DNA from: Candidatus Binatia bacterium
Lineage (GTDB): Bacteria > Desulfobacterota > Binatia > Bin18
Reading direction: 5' to 3'
Assembly: GCA_963666315.2 (NCBI GenBank)
Contig: CAXXHG010000029.1
Coordinates: 1-47,264 of the forward strand
Length of the DNA stretch: 47,264 nucleotides
Below are positions 34,396 through 43,802 of the stretch, piece after piece; position 1 is the first letter of the stretch; each line of letters starts with the position of its first letter. The translations under genes and the position numbers were made by a program. The notes beneath the pieces are model-generated. The model did no database searches. It was not told the origin of the DNA and saw only the letters and a program-made list of their open reading frames with translations.

Positions 34396-36294
34396 GTGCG
34401 ACAACAACTCTACGACTATCTCATCAATCGGCCTGGTGGGGCTACATCAGCCGAACTCCTCAACGAGATCTTCATCTCAGGTGCAGTTTCGCCGTTTCCG
34501 TCTCAGCGCGACCCCGAACTCGGCTCCCGTCTTCTGCATTCATCCCTAGGCGCAGATCCCAATTTTTCCTACGATCCAACCACAGATTGTTGGTCGCTCA
34601 CACTCCATACCCACTTGCAGCAGCCAATTCAGGATACTCAGTTTATCGTTCTTGACTTGGAGACGACCGGACTCAAGCCTGGCAAGGCGGCCATTACAGA
34701 GATCGCAGCTATCCGTGTGGAAAAAGGATGCCTGGGAGAAGAGTTCCATACCCTGGTTCATCCAGGCCGTCGCGTTCCTGTTGCCATTACCCGACTCACC
34801 GGCATCACCGATGAGATGCTGCGCGACCAAGCGCGTATTCAAGAAATCTTCCCTCAGCTCCTTGCTTTTCTTGGCTCTGCCGTCCTGGTCGCCCACAATG
34901 CCGGCTTTGACCTCGGCTTTCTCAACTTTGATGGGCAGCGCCTTGTGTCCACCCCCCTCTTCAACTCCTCGGTCTGCACTCTCAAGCTCGCTCGACGGCT
35001 GCTCTCCGGCATTCGGTCTCGCTCCCTTGACTCAGTCGCTGCCCATCTCGGAGTTTCCTACCCCACCCAGCATCGCGCCTTAGAAGACGCCCGGGTGACC
35101 GCCGAGATTTTTTGTATCTTCCTCGAACAGCTGGCCGCACAAGGCATCACCACACTGGGGCAGCTGATTGATTTTCAACATAGTGCCCGCGATGGACGGC
35201 GCTTTGAGTTCTTTGTTCCCCGCTCGACACTCACCCACCTGCCTGAGGGCCCGGGCGTCTATCGCATGCTCGATGTCGAGGGCGAGCTACTCTATATCGG
35301 CAAAGCTAAAAATCTCCACCGCCGCGTCAATTCCTATTTCACCAATTCGTCCGGACATAGCGACAATGTCCTCGACTTAGTCCGCCACGCACGCGAAGTG
35401 ACCTACGAACAAACCGGCTCGGAACTTGAAGCTTCACTGCGCGAGGCTGAGCTGATTCGCACGCTCAAGCCACCCTATAACCGTCTTTCCAAACATCTGC
35501 CGCGAGTCGCATTTCTCAAATTGACCGTACGAAATGCCTATCCACGTCTCTCAGTGACGGCAAAACCGAGTAGTGATCGGGCCATGTATGTGGGGCCATT
35601 CCGAAATCGAGACTTTGCCGAACAGGCCCAGCGGTTACTTGCGCGGCTGTTTGGACTGCGGACGTGTCAGGGTAATCTCTCCCCTGCTCCCGAGATCTCC
35701 CCGTGTCTGAGTGGCCAGATTGGTACGTGCACGTCCCCCTGTGCAGCCCACGTTTCACAGGAGACTTATAGTGAACAGGTGCAGCGTTTTACGGCTTTTC
35801 TCAATGGAGAAGCCACACCACTGCGAGACGCTCTTGTCGAGAAACGCGACCGTTTGGCCGCCCATTTACAGTACGAAGGTGCCGCTCGCCTGCAGCAAGA
35901 CATTGAACTCCTCGACCACATTCTGCATTTGCACCAACGCTTTCACTGGATCGTGACCCGGGCCAATGCCTTTCTTTTGCTGCCGAGTCGCCAAACCGGC
36001 GCGGCCCAAGCCTATCTCGTTCTTAATGGACGTCTGATCGACAACCGTATCGTTTCCGAACCTTGCGACTTGGAACACTTTGCCGCTCTCGTCCAGGAGC
36101 AGTTTGCGCGTGACCGCGATGTCCCGCTGCGCCCACGAGAAATTGACGCCAGCGTCATTCTGGCGGCCTGGCTGCGCGATCCGGGCCACGCTCAAAGCGC
36201 AGTGTTCTCGATCAAAGACGCCTCGACCCTACGCACCCAACTTGACGAGATCGAGATAGCCCTGCAGGACCTGCAACGCGTGGAGCCGGTATAA
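34396..36294 (+). CDS. DEDDh (DnaQ-like) exonuclease fused to a UvrC/Cho-like GIY-YIG nuclease
   Basis: VLDLETTG, LVAHNAGFD, HRALEDA, then LPEGPGVYRM...LYIGKAKNLHRRVNSYF, Cys-rich region and UVR-like helix LQYEGAARLQQ. Confidence 0.9.
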   Translation: MRQQLYDYLINRPGGATSAELLNEIFISGAVSPFPSQRDPELGSRLLHSSLGADPNFSYDPTTDCWSLTLHTHLQQPIQDTQFIVLDLETTGLKPGKAAITEIAAIRVEKGCLGEEFHTLVHPGRRVPVAITRLTGITDEMLRDQARIQEIFPQLLAFLGSAVLVAHNAGFDLGFLNFDGQRLVSTPLFNSSVCTLKLARRLLSGIRSRSLDSVAAHLGVSYPTQHRALEDARVTAEIFCIFLEQLAAQGITTLGQLIDFQHSARDGRRFEFFVPRSTLTHLPEGPGVYRMLDVEGELLYIGKAKNLHRRVNSYFTNSSGHSDNVLDLVRHAREVTYEQTGSELEASLREAELIRTLKPPYNRLSKHLPRVAFLKLTVRNAYPRLSVTAKPSSDRAMYVGPFRNRDFAEQAQRLLARLFGLRTCQGNLSPAPEISPCLSGQIGTCTSPCAAHVSQETYSEQVQRFTAFLNGEATPLRDALVEKRDRLAAHLQYEGAARLQQDIELLDHILHLHQRFHWIVTRANAFLLLPSRQTGAAQAYLVLNGRLIDNRIVSEPCDLEHFAALVQEQFARDRDVPLRPREIDASVILAAWLRDPGHAQSAVFSIKDASTLRTQLDEIEIALQDLQRVEPV

Positions 36295-36356
36295 CCTTAA
36301 GACACACAAAAAAGAACATTGACAAGTCGTGTGAAAACCGTCGCGAGCGCAGGGAC

Positions 36357-36385
36357 TTGCGACCCCACTAGCCAGCCCCTATAGT
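36357..36385 (+). promoter_or_regulatory. Putative sigma70 promoter of the PEP-mutase-like cluster (probably leaderless mRNA)
   Basis: TTGCGA-17 nt-TATAGT ending 9 nt before ATG 36395; no Shine-Dalgarno sequence. Confidence 0.5.
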
Positions 36386-36394
36386 TTGCCCATC

Positions 36395-38074
36395 ATGACA
36401 GCTGTCCCGGTGACAACTCAACTGCAGACATTACTCAAACGGTCTGGTCCGGCTCTGATCCTTGGTGCACACGATGCCCTATCGGCCAAGCTTGCGGAAG
36501 AGGCGGGATTTGATGCCATCTGGGCTAGCGGCTTTTGCATTTCCGCCGTCAACGCCCTCCCCGATGCCAATATTCTCACCATGAGTGAAACCTTGGATGC
36601 CGTCCGGCGTATGAGCGATGCAGTCACTATTCCGGTGCTGGCCGACTGCGATAACGGCTTTGGGAATGCCATCAATGTCATGCGAACCGTCGCCGAGTAC
36701 GAACGCGCCGGAGCAGCAGGTATTTGCATTGAAGATAATATTTTTCCCAAACGCTGTAGTTTTTATACCGGCGTACAACGCGAACTGGTGTCCATTGAGG
36801 AGCATGCCCGAAAGATCCAGGCCGCTAAGGCCGCGCGCCGCGACCCTGATTTTGTCATTATTGCCCGAACCGAAGCCTTTATTGCCGGTTGGGGCAAACA
36901 AGAAGCGCTGAGCCGGGCGCATGCCTACGCTGACGCGGGCGCGGATGCCATTCTCATCCACTCTAAGGCAGCCACATTTGAAGAAGAACTCAAGGATTTT
37001 GCAGCAAGTTGGGATGGCGCCTGCCCACTCGTATCCGTCCCGACCACCTATGCCAGCGTCACGGCTCAGGATCTTGCTGCAGCCGGCTTTCAGCTCGTGA
37101 TATTTGCCAATCAAACCCTGCGAGCGGCTGTCACCGCTATGCGTCAGGCGCTGGCCACCCTCAGGCGGGAAGAACGACCAGCGGCCGTTGATGAACAGAT
37201 AGTCACGCTTCCTGAGATCTACGACCTGGTTGGAGTCCCCGCTCTTCAAGCCAATGAGAAAAAATTTTTAGTACCGGGTGGGCATGACGTCACCGCCATT
37301 ATTATTGCTGCCGGGTTTGAGGAAGGGCTGCTGCCGCTGATCGAGGACCGGCCCAAAGCCATGCTCGAAATCAAAGGCAAGACGCTCCTAGAGCGGCAGA
37401 TTCAGGCCCTCAACGAGTGTGGGGTCAAAGATATTGTCGTGGTACGCGGCTATCATAAAGAGCAGATCGATCTGCCCAATATTCGCTACTACGATAACGA
37501 CCGTTTCCGCGATACGGGCGAGCTGACCTCGTTGTTCACGGCCAACTCAGAAATGTCAGACCGCTTTCTCTTTCTCTATTCGGACATTCTTTTCGATCCG
37601 TCTATTCTCGAAAAACTCCTCAAGTCCCGGGCTGATATTAGCATTGTGGTAGATCGTGCCTGGAATGACCATGAACGGACCCGGAAAGAACAGCGAACAA
37701 AGAAACCCGACCTCGTCGTGACCCCCCAGCCACCCCAAACTGGCTATCGTTATCTCCCCACAGCAGAAGCAATACCCCTGGCACGAATCGGTCGCCAACT
37801 CCCGCTAGACGAAGCCGACGGTGAATTTGTTGGGATGGCAATGTTCTCGGCAGCAGGTGCCCAGACCCTCTGCACGGTCTATCAGCAGGTCCAAACGCGA
37901 GACTTCTCTCGCGGCTTCCATGAAGCCGGCTCGTTGGAAACTGCGGCGTTCACCGATATGCTGCAGGAATTGGTTGACCAACAACATGAGGTGGCGTGTG
38001 TCGATATCTATAAGGGCTGGCTTGAGATCGACACCTTTGAAGACTACCGACGCGCGTGGGCCAAGATAAAATAG
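36395..38074 (+). CDS. PEP mutase/isocitrate lyase superfamily enzyme (PepM-like, atypical loop) fused to a LicC/PntC-like nucleotidyltransferase
   Basis: N-domain GAHDALSA, WASGF, ADCDNGFG, EDNIFPKRCSF, ARTEAFIAG, ILIHSK, VPTTY; C-domain IIIAAG...RPKAML, VVRGY, YSDILF, WLEIDTFEDY. Confidence 0.85.
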   Translation: MTAVPVTTQLQTLLKRSGPALILGAHDALSAKLAEEAGFDAIWASGFCISAVNALPDANILTMSETLDAVRRMSDAVTIPVLADCDNGFGNAINVMRTVAEYERAGAAGICIEDNIFPKRCSFYTGVQRELVSIEEHARKIQAAKAARRDPDFVIIARTEAFIAGWGKQEALSRAHAYADAGADAILIHSKAATFEEELKDFAASWDGACPLVSVPTTYASVTAQDLAAAGFQLVIFANQTLRAAVTAMRQALATLRREERPAAVDEQIVTLPEIYDLVGVPALQANEKKFLVPGGHDVTAIIIAAGFEEGLLPLIEDRPKAMLEIKGKTLLERQIQALNECGVKDIVVVRGYHKEQIDLPNIRYYDNDRFRDTGELTSLFTANSEMSDRFLFLYSDILFDPSILEKLLKSRADISIVVDRAWNDHERTRKEQRTKKPDLVVTPQPPQTGYRYLPTAEAIPLARIGRQLPLDEADGEFVGMAMFSAAGAQTLCTVYQQVQTRDFSRGFHEAGSLETAAFTDMLQELVDQQHEVACVDIYKGWLEIDTFEDYRRAWAKIK

Positions 38075-38160
38075 GGCAAAGTAGCGGCAAAATAGGAGCA
38101 CCGCAGCAACGAACAATCAGTCCTTGCAGTTCTTGGCTACAGTTCGAGCGGAGCACACGG

Positions 38161-39126
38161 ATGGACCTGCAGCGAATCGACGCACTCATCACAGACGAAT
38201 ACGCCTTCTTCCTGCGCGCACGAAACAGCTGGAGTCTCACCGCAGGACCGCAAGATCTTGAGCTTGTCGCGCATGCTCTGCGCGTCCTCCTCCACGCTCG
38301 AACTACGCCGGATTTTCTTGATGACTATACGGCCCTGGTAGCCTGCCAAAACACCGCTGGCGGCTGGAGTCCGTTGTCCTCCGATACTGACAGCACCGTG
38401 TGGGTGTCTGCCTTCTGTGGCCTCATGCTCATTCGCGCGAATCGTTTCCTCCACCACGATCACCTCACACGATCGGTCCAGCAGGCCATCGACTATTTTC
38501 TCGACACCCAGCACCAGGACGGCCGTTGGGTTGATCCGGCCTGGGCCGACCTCGATACGACCAGCCATCCGGTGAGCTTTTTCAATGTGGTGATGGCTCT
38601 CGGCGAAACGCACCGTCAGCCAGAGGTTCAACGGGCCTGGGAACAGGGGCTACGGTTTATTATCGACAACCAAAGCCCAGACGGCGGCTGGTACGATCAG
38701 GAGTTTCACCCGTCAGGGGTTGAGATTACCGCGCACTTGATTCAGGACGCCCTAGTAGCAGACCTTGTCATTGATCGTCGCGTCAACGGGGTCCGAGCAT
38801 CCTGCACCAAAGGCGCTGCTCGGCTGAGTGAGTGGCAGGCGCAGGCGGGTTCATGGGACGACGAAAATATTGATCACACGATGGACTGCACCCGGTCTCT
38901 CATGTTGGTGACCCGCATTCTCGCCGAAAGCTCACATAACGATACGATTATGCGCGGTCTCGGCTGGATCATGAACAACAAAAACGAGCACGGCTGGGGT
39001 GATTTTCCCGGCATGGAGACTAACCTAGAACGCACCTGTGACGGTCTCGATACCATGCTCAAGTATAAAGCCTACTGTCACAGTGAAGCGGACGCCGTCA
39101 TCAAACTCTGGGGCTACCTCCGGTAG
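38161..39126 (+). CDS. Prenyltransferase/squalene-cyclase repeat (alpha/alpha toroid) protein
   Basis: Five QW-type motifs: QNTAGGW, QHQDGRW, QSPDGGW, QAQAGSW, KNEHGW; no DXDD cyclase motif. Confidence 0.75.
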   Translation: MDLQRIDALITDEYAFFLRARNSWSLTAGPQDLELVAHALRVLLHARTTPDFLDDYTALVACQNTAGGWSPLSSDTDSTVWVSAFCGLMLIRANRFLHHDHLTRSVQQAIDYFLDTQHQDGRWVDPAWADLDTTSHPVSFFNVVMALGETHRQPEVQRAWEQGLRFIIDNQSPDGGWYDQEFHPSGVEITAHLIQDALVADLVIDRRVNGVRASCTKGAARLSEWQAQAGSWDDENIDHTMDCTRSLMLVTRILAESSHNDTIMRGLGWIMNNKNEHGWGDFPGMETNLERTCDGLDTMLKYKAYCHSEADAVIKLWGYLR

Positions 39127-39162
39127 GGACTACCTCCCGTAGGAACAGGCACGCGCGAGGTT

Positions 39163-39495
39163 ATGCCGTCTTCGGAGCCAGCCGCTTCCACAAATCATCG
39201 CTGGGTTGAAGCCTGCACAATAGATGCACTTCCGCCTGGAGAACGTAAGCTCATCAAGATCGACGACGTCGAGATTGCCCTATTCAATATTGACGAGACA
39301 GTCTTTGCCATCAAAAACCGCTGTCCCCATAGCAGCGGCCCGCTCATCCGTGGCTATATAGATAATGCAGGCGGAATTAAGTGCCCGATGCATGGCTGGC
39401 GATTTGATCTCCGAACGGGTGAAAGCAAGCGTCCGGCTCATGCGACTGTCTATCAGGTCAAAATCGAAGGCGGAGATATTTATCTTGCGCTTTAG
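39163..39495 (+). CDS. Rieske (2Fe-2S) ferredoxin
   Basis: CPHSSGPL...CPMHGWRFDL. Confidence 0.92.
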   Translation: MPSSEPAASTNHRWVEACTIDALPPGERKLIKIDDVEIALFNIDETVFAIKNRCPHSSGPLIRGYIDNAGGIKCPMHGWRFDLRTGESKRPAHATVYQVKIEGGDIYLAL

Positions 39496-39628
39496 TCTAA
39501 CGAAGCAGTAAAAGCACGGCCTATTCCAGAAACTGCTTGACCCAAACACTCCCCTTGTGCTGAGACATCGTCTCTCATTCACCCTTATCGAGCCATATCC
39601 CGTGTCAAGAAACGGAGGTTGCCTCATT

Positions 39629-40381
39629 ATGAAAAGCATTCTCATGAAAAACATTCCCCTTTCCTTATTCTTTGTGCTGACCTGGGACCAGGTTGTCGCC
39701 CAGGAGATCACGCCTCGGCGCCAGCCGGGTGCCGATATGACGCTCTACACCCCTGAACAGCACCGGCACTATGACGGTCACTTTGTGTTGTCGGCCGGCC
39801 GAATCTATCAGGTGGGCCGGCATACTGACCCAGCGGGTTGGGACCATATGGGCAGTGATGCGTCAAACGTGCACCCGGTGGAGGGGACGGTTGATATCGA
39901 TGTGGACGAGATCAAAAATACGGGTCACTTTGTCGCCCGGCTCACGATTCCGGAAGGTGACCTTATCCTAGAACTCGACCGATTTCAGGAATTCAGTCCC
40001 TGCCAAGATGGTGGGCTCGCAGCCTACCTGTACGAGCACGGCGATGCGGGCTGTGGTGACACGAACTGGCCTAAAACGTTTGTCTATATAGCTGGTTGGG
40101 GTTATGGGCGGGCAACGCTCAATGCAAAACCGCTGTATGAGAATTACGAAATGCACTTCATGGTCACCCAGGGCATTCGCGACCGGGAGACGCTGCAAGT
40201 GAAATATCCATCCCCAGATAAGCAGACGCTCGCACCAGACAAGCAGTCACCGGCCGGGGCGGTCAATCCCGCGGCCGTGCAGTTAGACTTCTACATTCGC
40301 AGCCCCGAGGTGGACCAGCGCAACCACCCCACCCGTCAGGTCTTCGACCATTTTTTTGCCATGGAAGTGACGTGGAAGTAA
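39629..40381 (+). CDS. Hypothetical exported protein
   Basis: GGAGG RBS, signal-peptide-like N-terminus ending VVA-Q, about 250 aa beta-rich body with two Cys. Confidence 0.7.
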   Translation: MKSILMKNIPLSLFFVLTWDQVVAQEITPRRQPGADMTLYTPEQHRHYDGHFVLSAGRIYQVGRHTDPAGWDHMGSDASNVHPVEGTVDIDVDEIKNTGHFVARLTIPEGDLILELDRFQEFSPCQDGGLAAYLYEHGDAGCGDTNWPKTFVYIAGWGYGRATLNAKPLYENYEMHFMVTQGIRDRETLQVKYPSPDKQTLAPDKQSPAGAVNPAAVQLDFYIRSPEVDQRNHPTRQVFDHFFAMEVTWK

Positions 40382-40401
40382 TGCGCTGGAAGTAAGGATC
40401 G

Positions 40402-40996
40402 CTATTCCCCCGCCGCCGCTCTGGCTAGAGCGAGATAGCGTTTCTGATCCTCTGCCGTGGCAGGTTGGTGACGCACGTCTCCTTCCCCCCCCCATTTCTC
40501 GCGTCCAGGCGGCGAACTCCAATTGAATCCCATCCGGATCAAAAAAATAAATGGAGCGGACAAAGGTAGACGCGTTGACCGTAGGGCTGATTTGCGCACG
40601 CGTGTCATCGTGATTCATGATCTCAGTCACCTCGATGCCTTTGGCGGTGAGCTTCTCACGATACTCTTCGATTTTGTCCAGCGACACATCGAACGCAACG
40701 TGGTTCATCGAACCGTGGGCCGTCGTCAGCGAGCCCTGACCCGCGAGCGCCTCGGGCGCAGCGATTCCAGGGGCCGCCTCCGGTGCGTCCGGGAACCAAA
40801 AGAAGGCCAGCGAGTCGCCATTGCCGATATCGAAGAAAAAATGCTGCCCCATGCCGTTGGGCAGATCGATAGTCTTGGTTAGCGGCATCCCGAGGACGTT
40901 TGAGTAAAAGTCTACGGTTTGCGCCATATCCTTGCAGACCAGAGCCAGATGATTGATACCTCGCAATTCGAACTCTGCGTTTTCTTTTCGTACCAT
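40402..40996 (-). CDS. VOC/glyoxalase family protein, +1 frameshift in a G9 run at 40485-40493
   Basis: GINHLALVCKDM, QHFFFDIGNG, MNHVAF, RSIYFFDPDGIQLEF; corrected end MGGEGDVRHQPATAEDQKRYLALARAAAGE*. Confidence 0.88.
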
Positions 40997-41113
40997 TGGT
41001 CTCCTCCTTTTCCGACAGTAGTGAACGCCCTGTAAAACCGGAGGGTCCTTGTGTCATACTGACATGAAACCATGTCCCCAGTTAATCCTTTTATAATGTG
41101 AGCTGAGGGTATC

Positions 41114-41572
41114 ATGCCAGATACACGTGAGGCCAGAGCTGAACTCAGTCCATTAACCGAGGGAGAACGTCGAACCCATGACGAGTTGGAACGGCTGGTA
41201 GAGGAGCGCACGGCAGAGCTAGCCCAAGCAAATGCTGCCCTGCAGGAATCGGAAAAGCGCTATCGGGCGCTGTCGGAAGTCTCGTCTGATTATGTATTCA
41301 TATTGGCCGTGAGGCCGAACGGGCAAGTTTTCCAGGAATGGGCAAGCGACGGGGTAAAGCGCACCACAGGCCACAGCCTGGACGAGCTGAACCAGCTGCG
41401 CTGGAGGAGCTTTATTGTTGCCGAAGATATCCCCCACCACGCGGAGCATCTTCGAAAAACCGTATTGACGAATCAGCCGACCACATGGGATTCGCGGATC
41501 ATCACCAAGGCGGGAGACATACGCTGGTTGCATTTTTACACACAGCCCGAGTGGGGTGAGGCCCGTCCTTAA
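41114..41572 (+). pseudogene. Truncated PAS-domain sensor (coiled coil plus incomplete PAS/PAC, no output domain)
   Basis: LERLVEERTAELAQANAALQESEKRYRALSE...RIITKAGDIRWL, ending abruptly. Confidence 0.7.
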
Positions 41573-41681
41573 TCTTCAAATGCGGATCTTTTTCATTAAT
41601 CTTAAAACTATTGAGGGCGAGCGAATTGTCGCGGTTGAGGATTTGGGGCGGGGTCAAATAATCGCGCAGATTGATGCTCAT
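41566..41681 (-). pseudogene. 5' remnant of a FixX-like ferredoxin
   Basis: ATGA overlap with the fixC stop; MSINLRDYL...LALNSFKINEK..PHLKIKD resembles the FixX N-terminus; no Cys clusters remain. Confidence 0.45.
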
Positions 41682-42503
41682 AGAAAAGCCTTTCCCAGCT
41701 TGGCCATATTCTGCACAAAGCTCATCACACCGACATCAGAAGGGAAGTGATCCAGCGCGTCGAGTTCAAGCTGTCGCTTGGGCACCTGCAGATCTGCGTC
41801 GTCGGGAGCCACGGCAAATGATTTTTTGGTGATGGCGGCAAAATCATACGGATATTGACTGAAGAGCTCGGGCACCTCCTCGGCTGCACGAGTGAGCTTT
41901 TACGAACGTTGCATGTCTTTCCAAGCAAAGTTCTGCTTGAGCCGCTCTTCGTAGGACTTGAGTCCGCGCGCCGAAAAGTCATCGTCCTTATGTGCCTGGA
42001 TGATCGCCTCGGCCGCCAACAGACCGGACGCCATGGTCATTTTTGTGCCTTCATGAAACAGCGGGTTGGCATTCACAATGCCGGCAGCTCCACCGATCAC
42101 AAGGAGTCCATCCGTCACCAGACTGGGCAGGTCTTCAGGGCTGAGTTCGGGAATCAGGTGGGCAGAATATTCTTCCGGCTTGGTGCCGCGTAGCAGCGGA
42201 CGGACACACGGGTGCAGTTTGAATGCGTTGAGCAGATCGCGCGGCTGGACGCCAGTTTTCTTGCGCGCCTTGAGGGCGTGCAGCGGACATGCCAGCCCGA
42301 CCGATAAGGTGTCTTTATTGGTGTAGATAAAGCCCGCGCCCATAATGCCTTGGACCGCTTCCCCACCCAGATATTCGATTGCGGTTCCCTGATCACCTTC
42401 TAAATTAAAGCGGTCCTCGATGACCTCGCGTGGCAGAGAGACAATCTCTTTCACCCCCAGCACCACACTCAGCCGGAATTTATCACGCAGGCCGGCCTGC
42501 GCC
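41678..42503 (-). pseudogene. fixC: 3' part of a FixC-like (ETF-quinone oxidoreductase) flavoprotein, degraded
   Basis: LGVKEIV, GFIYTNKDTLSVG, EYSAHLIPE, LVTDGLLVIG, SGLLAAE; 5' end replaced by IS sequence; internal stop at 41900. Confidence 0.8.
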
Positions 42504-42987
42504 ACCGACCGCCAGGTCCCCGGCCACTGGGAAGCCGCTCTGATGGTATTCGCCCACTACGGACCGGCCATCCTGACCATGCATGAACGCCACTCCCCGG
42601 TCCTCCTCGCGGCCCGACCGCCCAGCAAGGCGGCTCAGCCCATGGCCCGGCTGATGGTCCAGCTCCTCAAACCCTTGCCCCAAGCTTGCGCCAAACCCTG
42701 ACCTTCGATAATGGCACCGAGTTCGTCCAGCACTACCAATTGCATCCCCTGGCCATTCAGACCTTCTTTTGCGACCCCCATAAGCCGTGGCAGAAGGGCG
42801 GCATTGAAAATGCCCTTGGTCGCATGCGGCGAACCATCCCGCGCAACACCGCCCTCGCCACCCTGAGCACAAACCGCTTTAATGCCCTCATCCGTGCCTA
42901 CAACAACACACCCCGAAAATGTCTTGCCTACCACACTCCTGCAGAGGTTCTTTTACAGCAACTGTTGCACTTCAAATGTGAATCCAC
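42501..42987 (+). mobile_element. IS30-family remnant (transposase catalytic core plus right end), degenerate
   Basis: PGHWEA(A)L, HERHS, TLTFDNGTEF, FCDPHKPWQKGGIEN, NNTPRKCL, TPAE; end sequence TGTTGCACTTCAAATGTGAATCCAC; frameshift near 42686; HTH region missing. Confidence 0.88.
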
Positions 42988-43458
42988 ACCCCACTCTTTA
43001 CTGGCTTGAAAAAACCGCCTCTGGGCCGAATTGAGCAGCGACACCACCCGCTGAAAAACCGAAGGAGCAGATTCTACCAACGTAGCCCAGACCCAGAAGA
43101 CCAGCGAAGGTTCGGTTCCGGCGTAGCGTGTCTGTTCGGAAAAGGGTGAGGCCCATTCCCTGAGCCGCCCTTGGACCGGTGCGTGCATGGCATGAAACCA
43201 GCGCAGGGAGTCCGCCCGCTCTTGAGCAGTCCCAAACAGTATTACGTGCATGAAATCCAGCGTCCGCAAGAGGCGCCCGAACGGGTCAGATAAGAAACGA
43301 CTATGGTCTCGAACAGCCGCCGCGACGAGAGGGTGAGCGAGTTGTAAGAGGAGCGCACGCTGGCCTCCGAAGAGAGTAACCGCGACATGGGTATTGATGG
43401 CATTAAAAGTCGGTGGGGAGACAATCGGCCCATCACCGAACACAGGAGCAGAGAGCAT
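42988..43458 (-). pseudogene. Oxygenase MpaB/DUF2236 family gene truncated by the IS30
   Basis: GGQRALLLQLAHPLVAAAVRDHSRF...GRLLRT...HAPVQG...WVWATLVES. Confidence 0.8.
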
Positions 43459-43802
43459 GCCTTGCTGTCAAGCAATGTGTTGGTGGGAGTAGGACGCGAT
43501 GAGACATGCGTGAGGCAAAATTTTCTGAAAATTGTTTATCTGACGAGGAGCACCCCAGCGCAGACAGAAAAAACTCTTGTAGGCGAGATAGCCTTCCCAC
43601 TCCAAGCGCAATTTCTTGTACGCCCTGCGATAACTCGACAATACCTCCATTCGTCACCACAACGCTATGCATCCCTGCGCGTAGTATAGCTTGACAGTGG
43701 AGCTCCTGAGCAGATACCGTTCCTAAAAATTTCCCTTCATATGTGAGTCTGAGCGTGCAAACACAGAGTGAAATCGGTCCACGGGTGAGCGTTAACCAAG
43801 TA

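Noticed and set aside
38161-39126. Squalene-hopene cyclase call
   Set aside because: About half the usual length and no DXDD motif; only the repeat fold is supported
43540-43580. Hammerhead ribozyme (CTGACGAG...GAAA)
   Set aside because: No stem II closes onto the GAAA, and stems I and III are not evident
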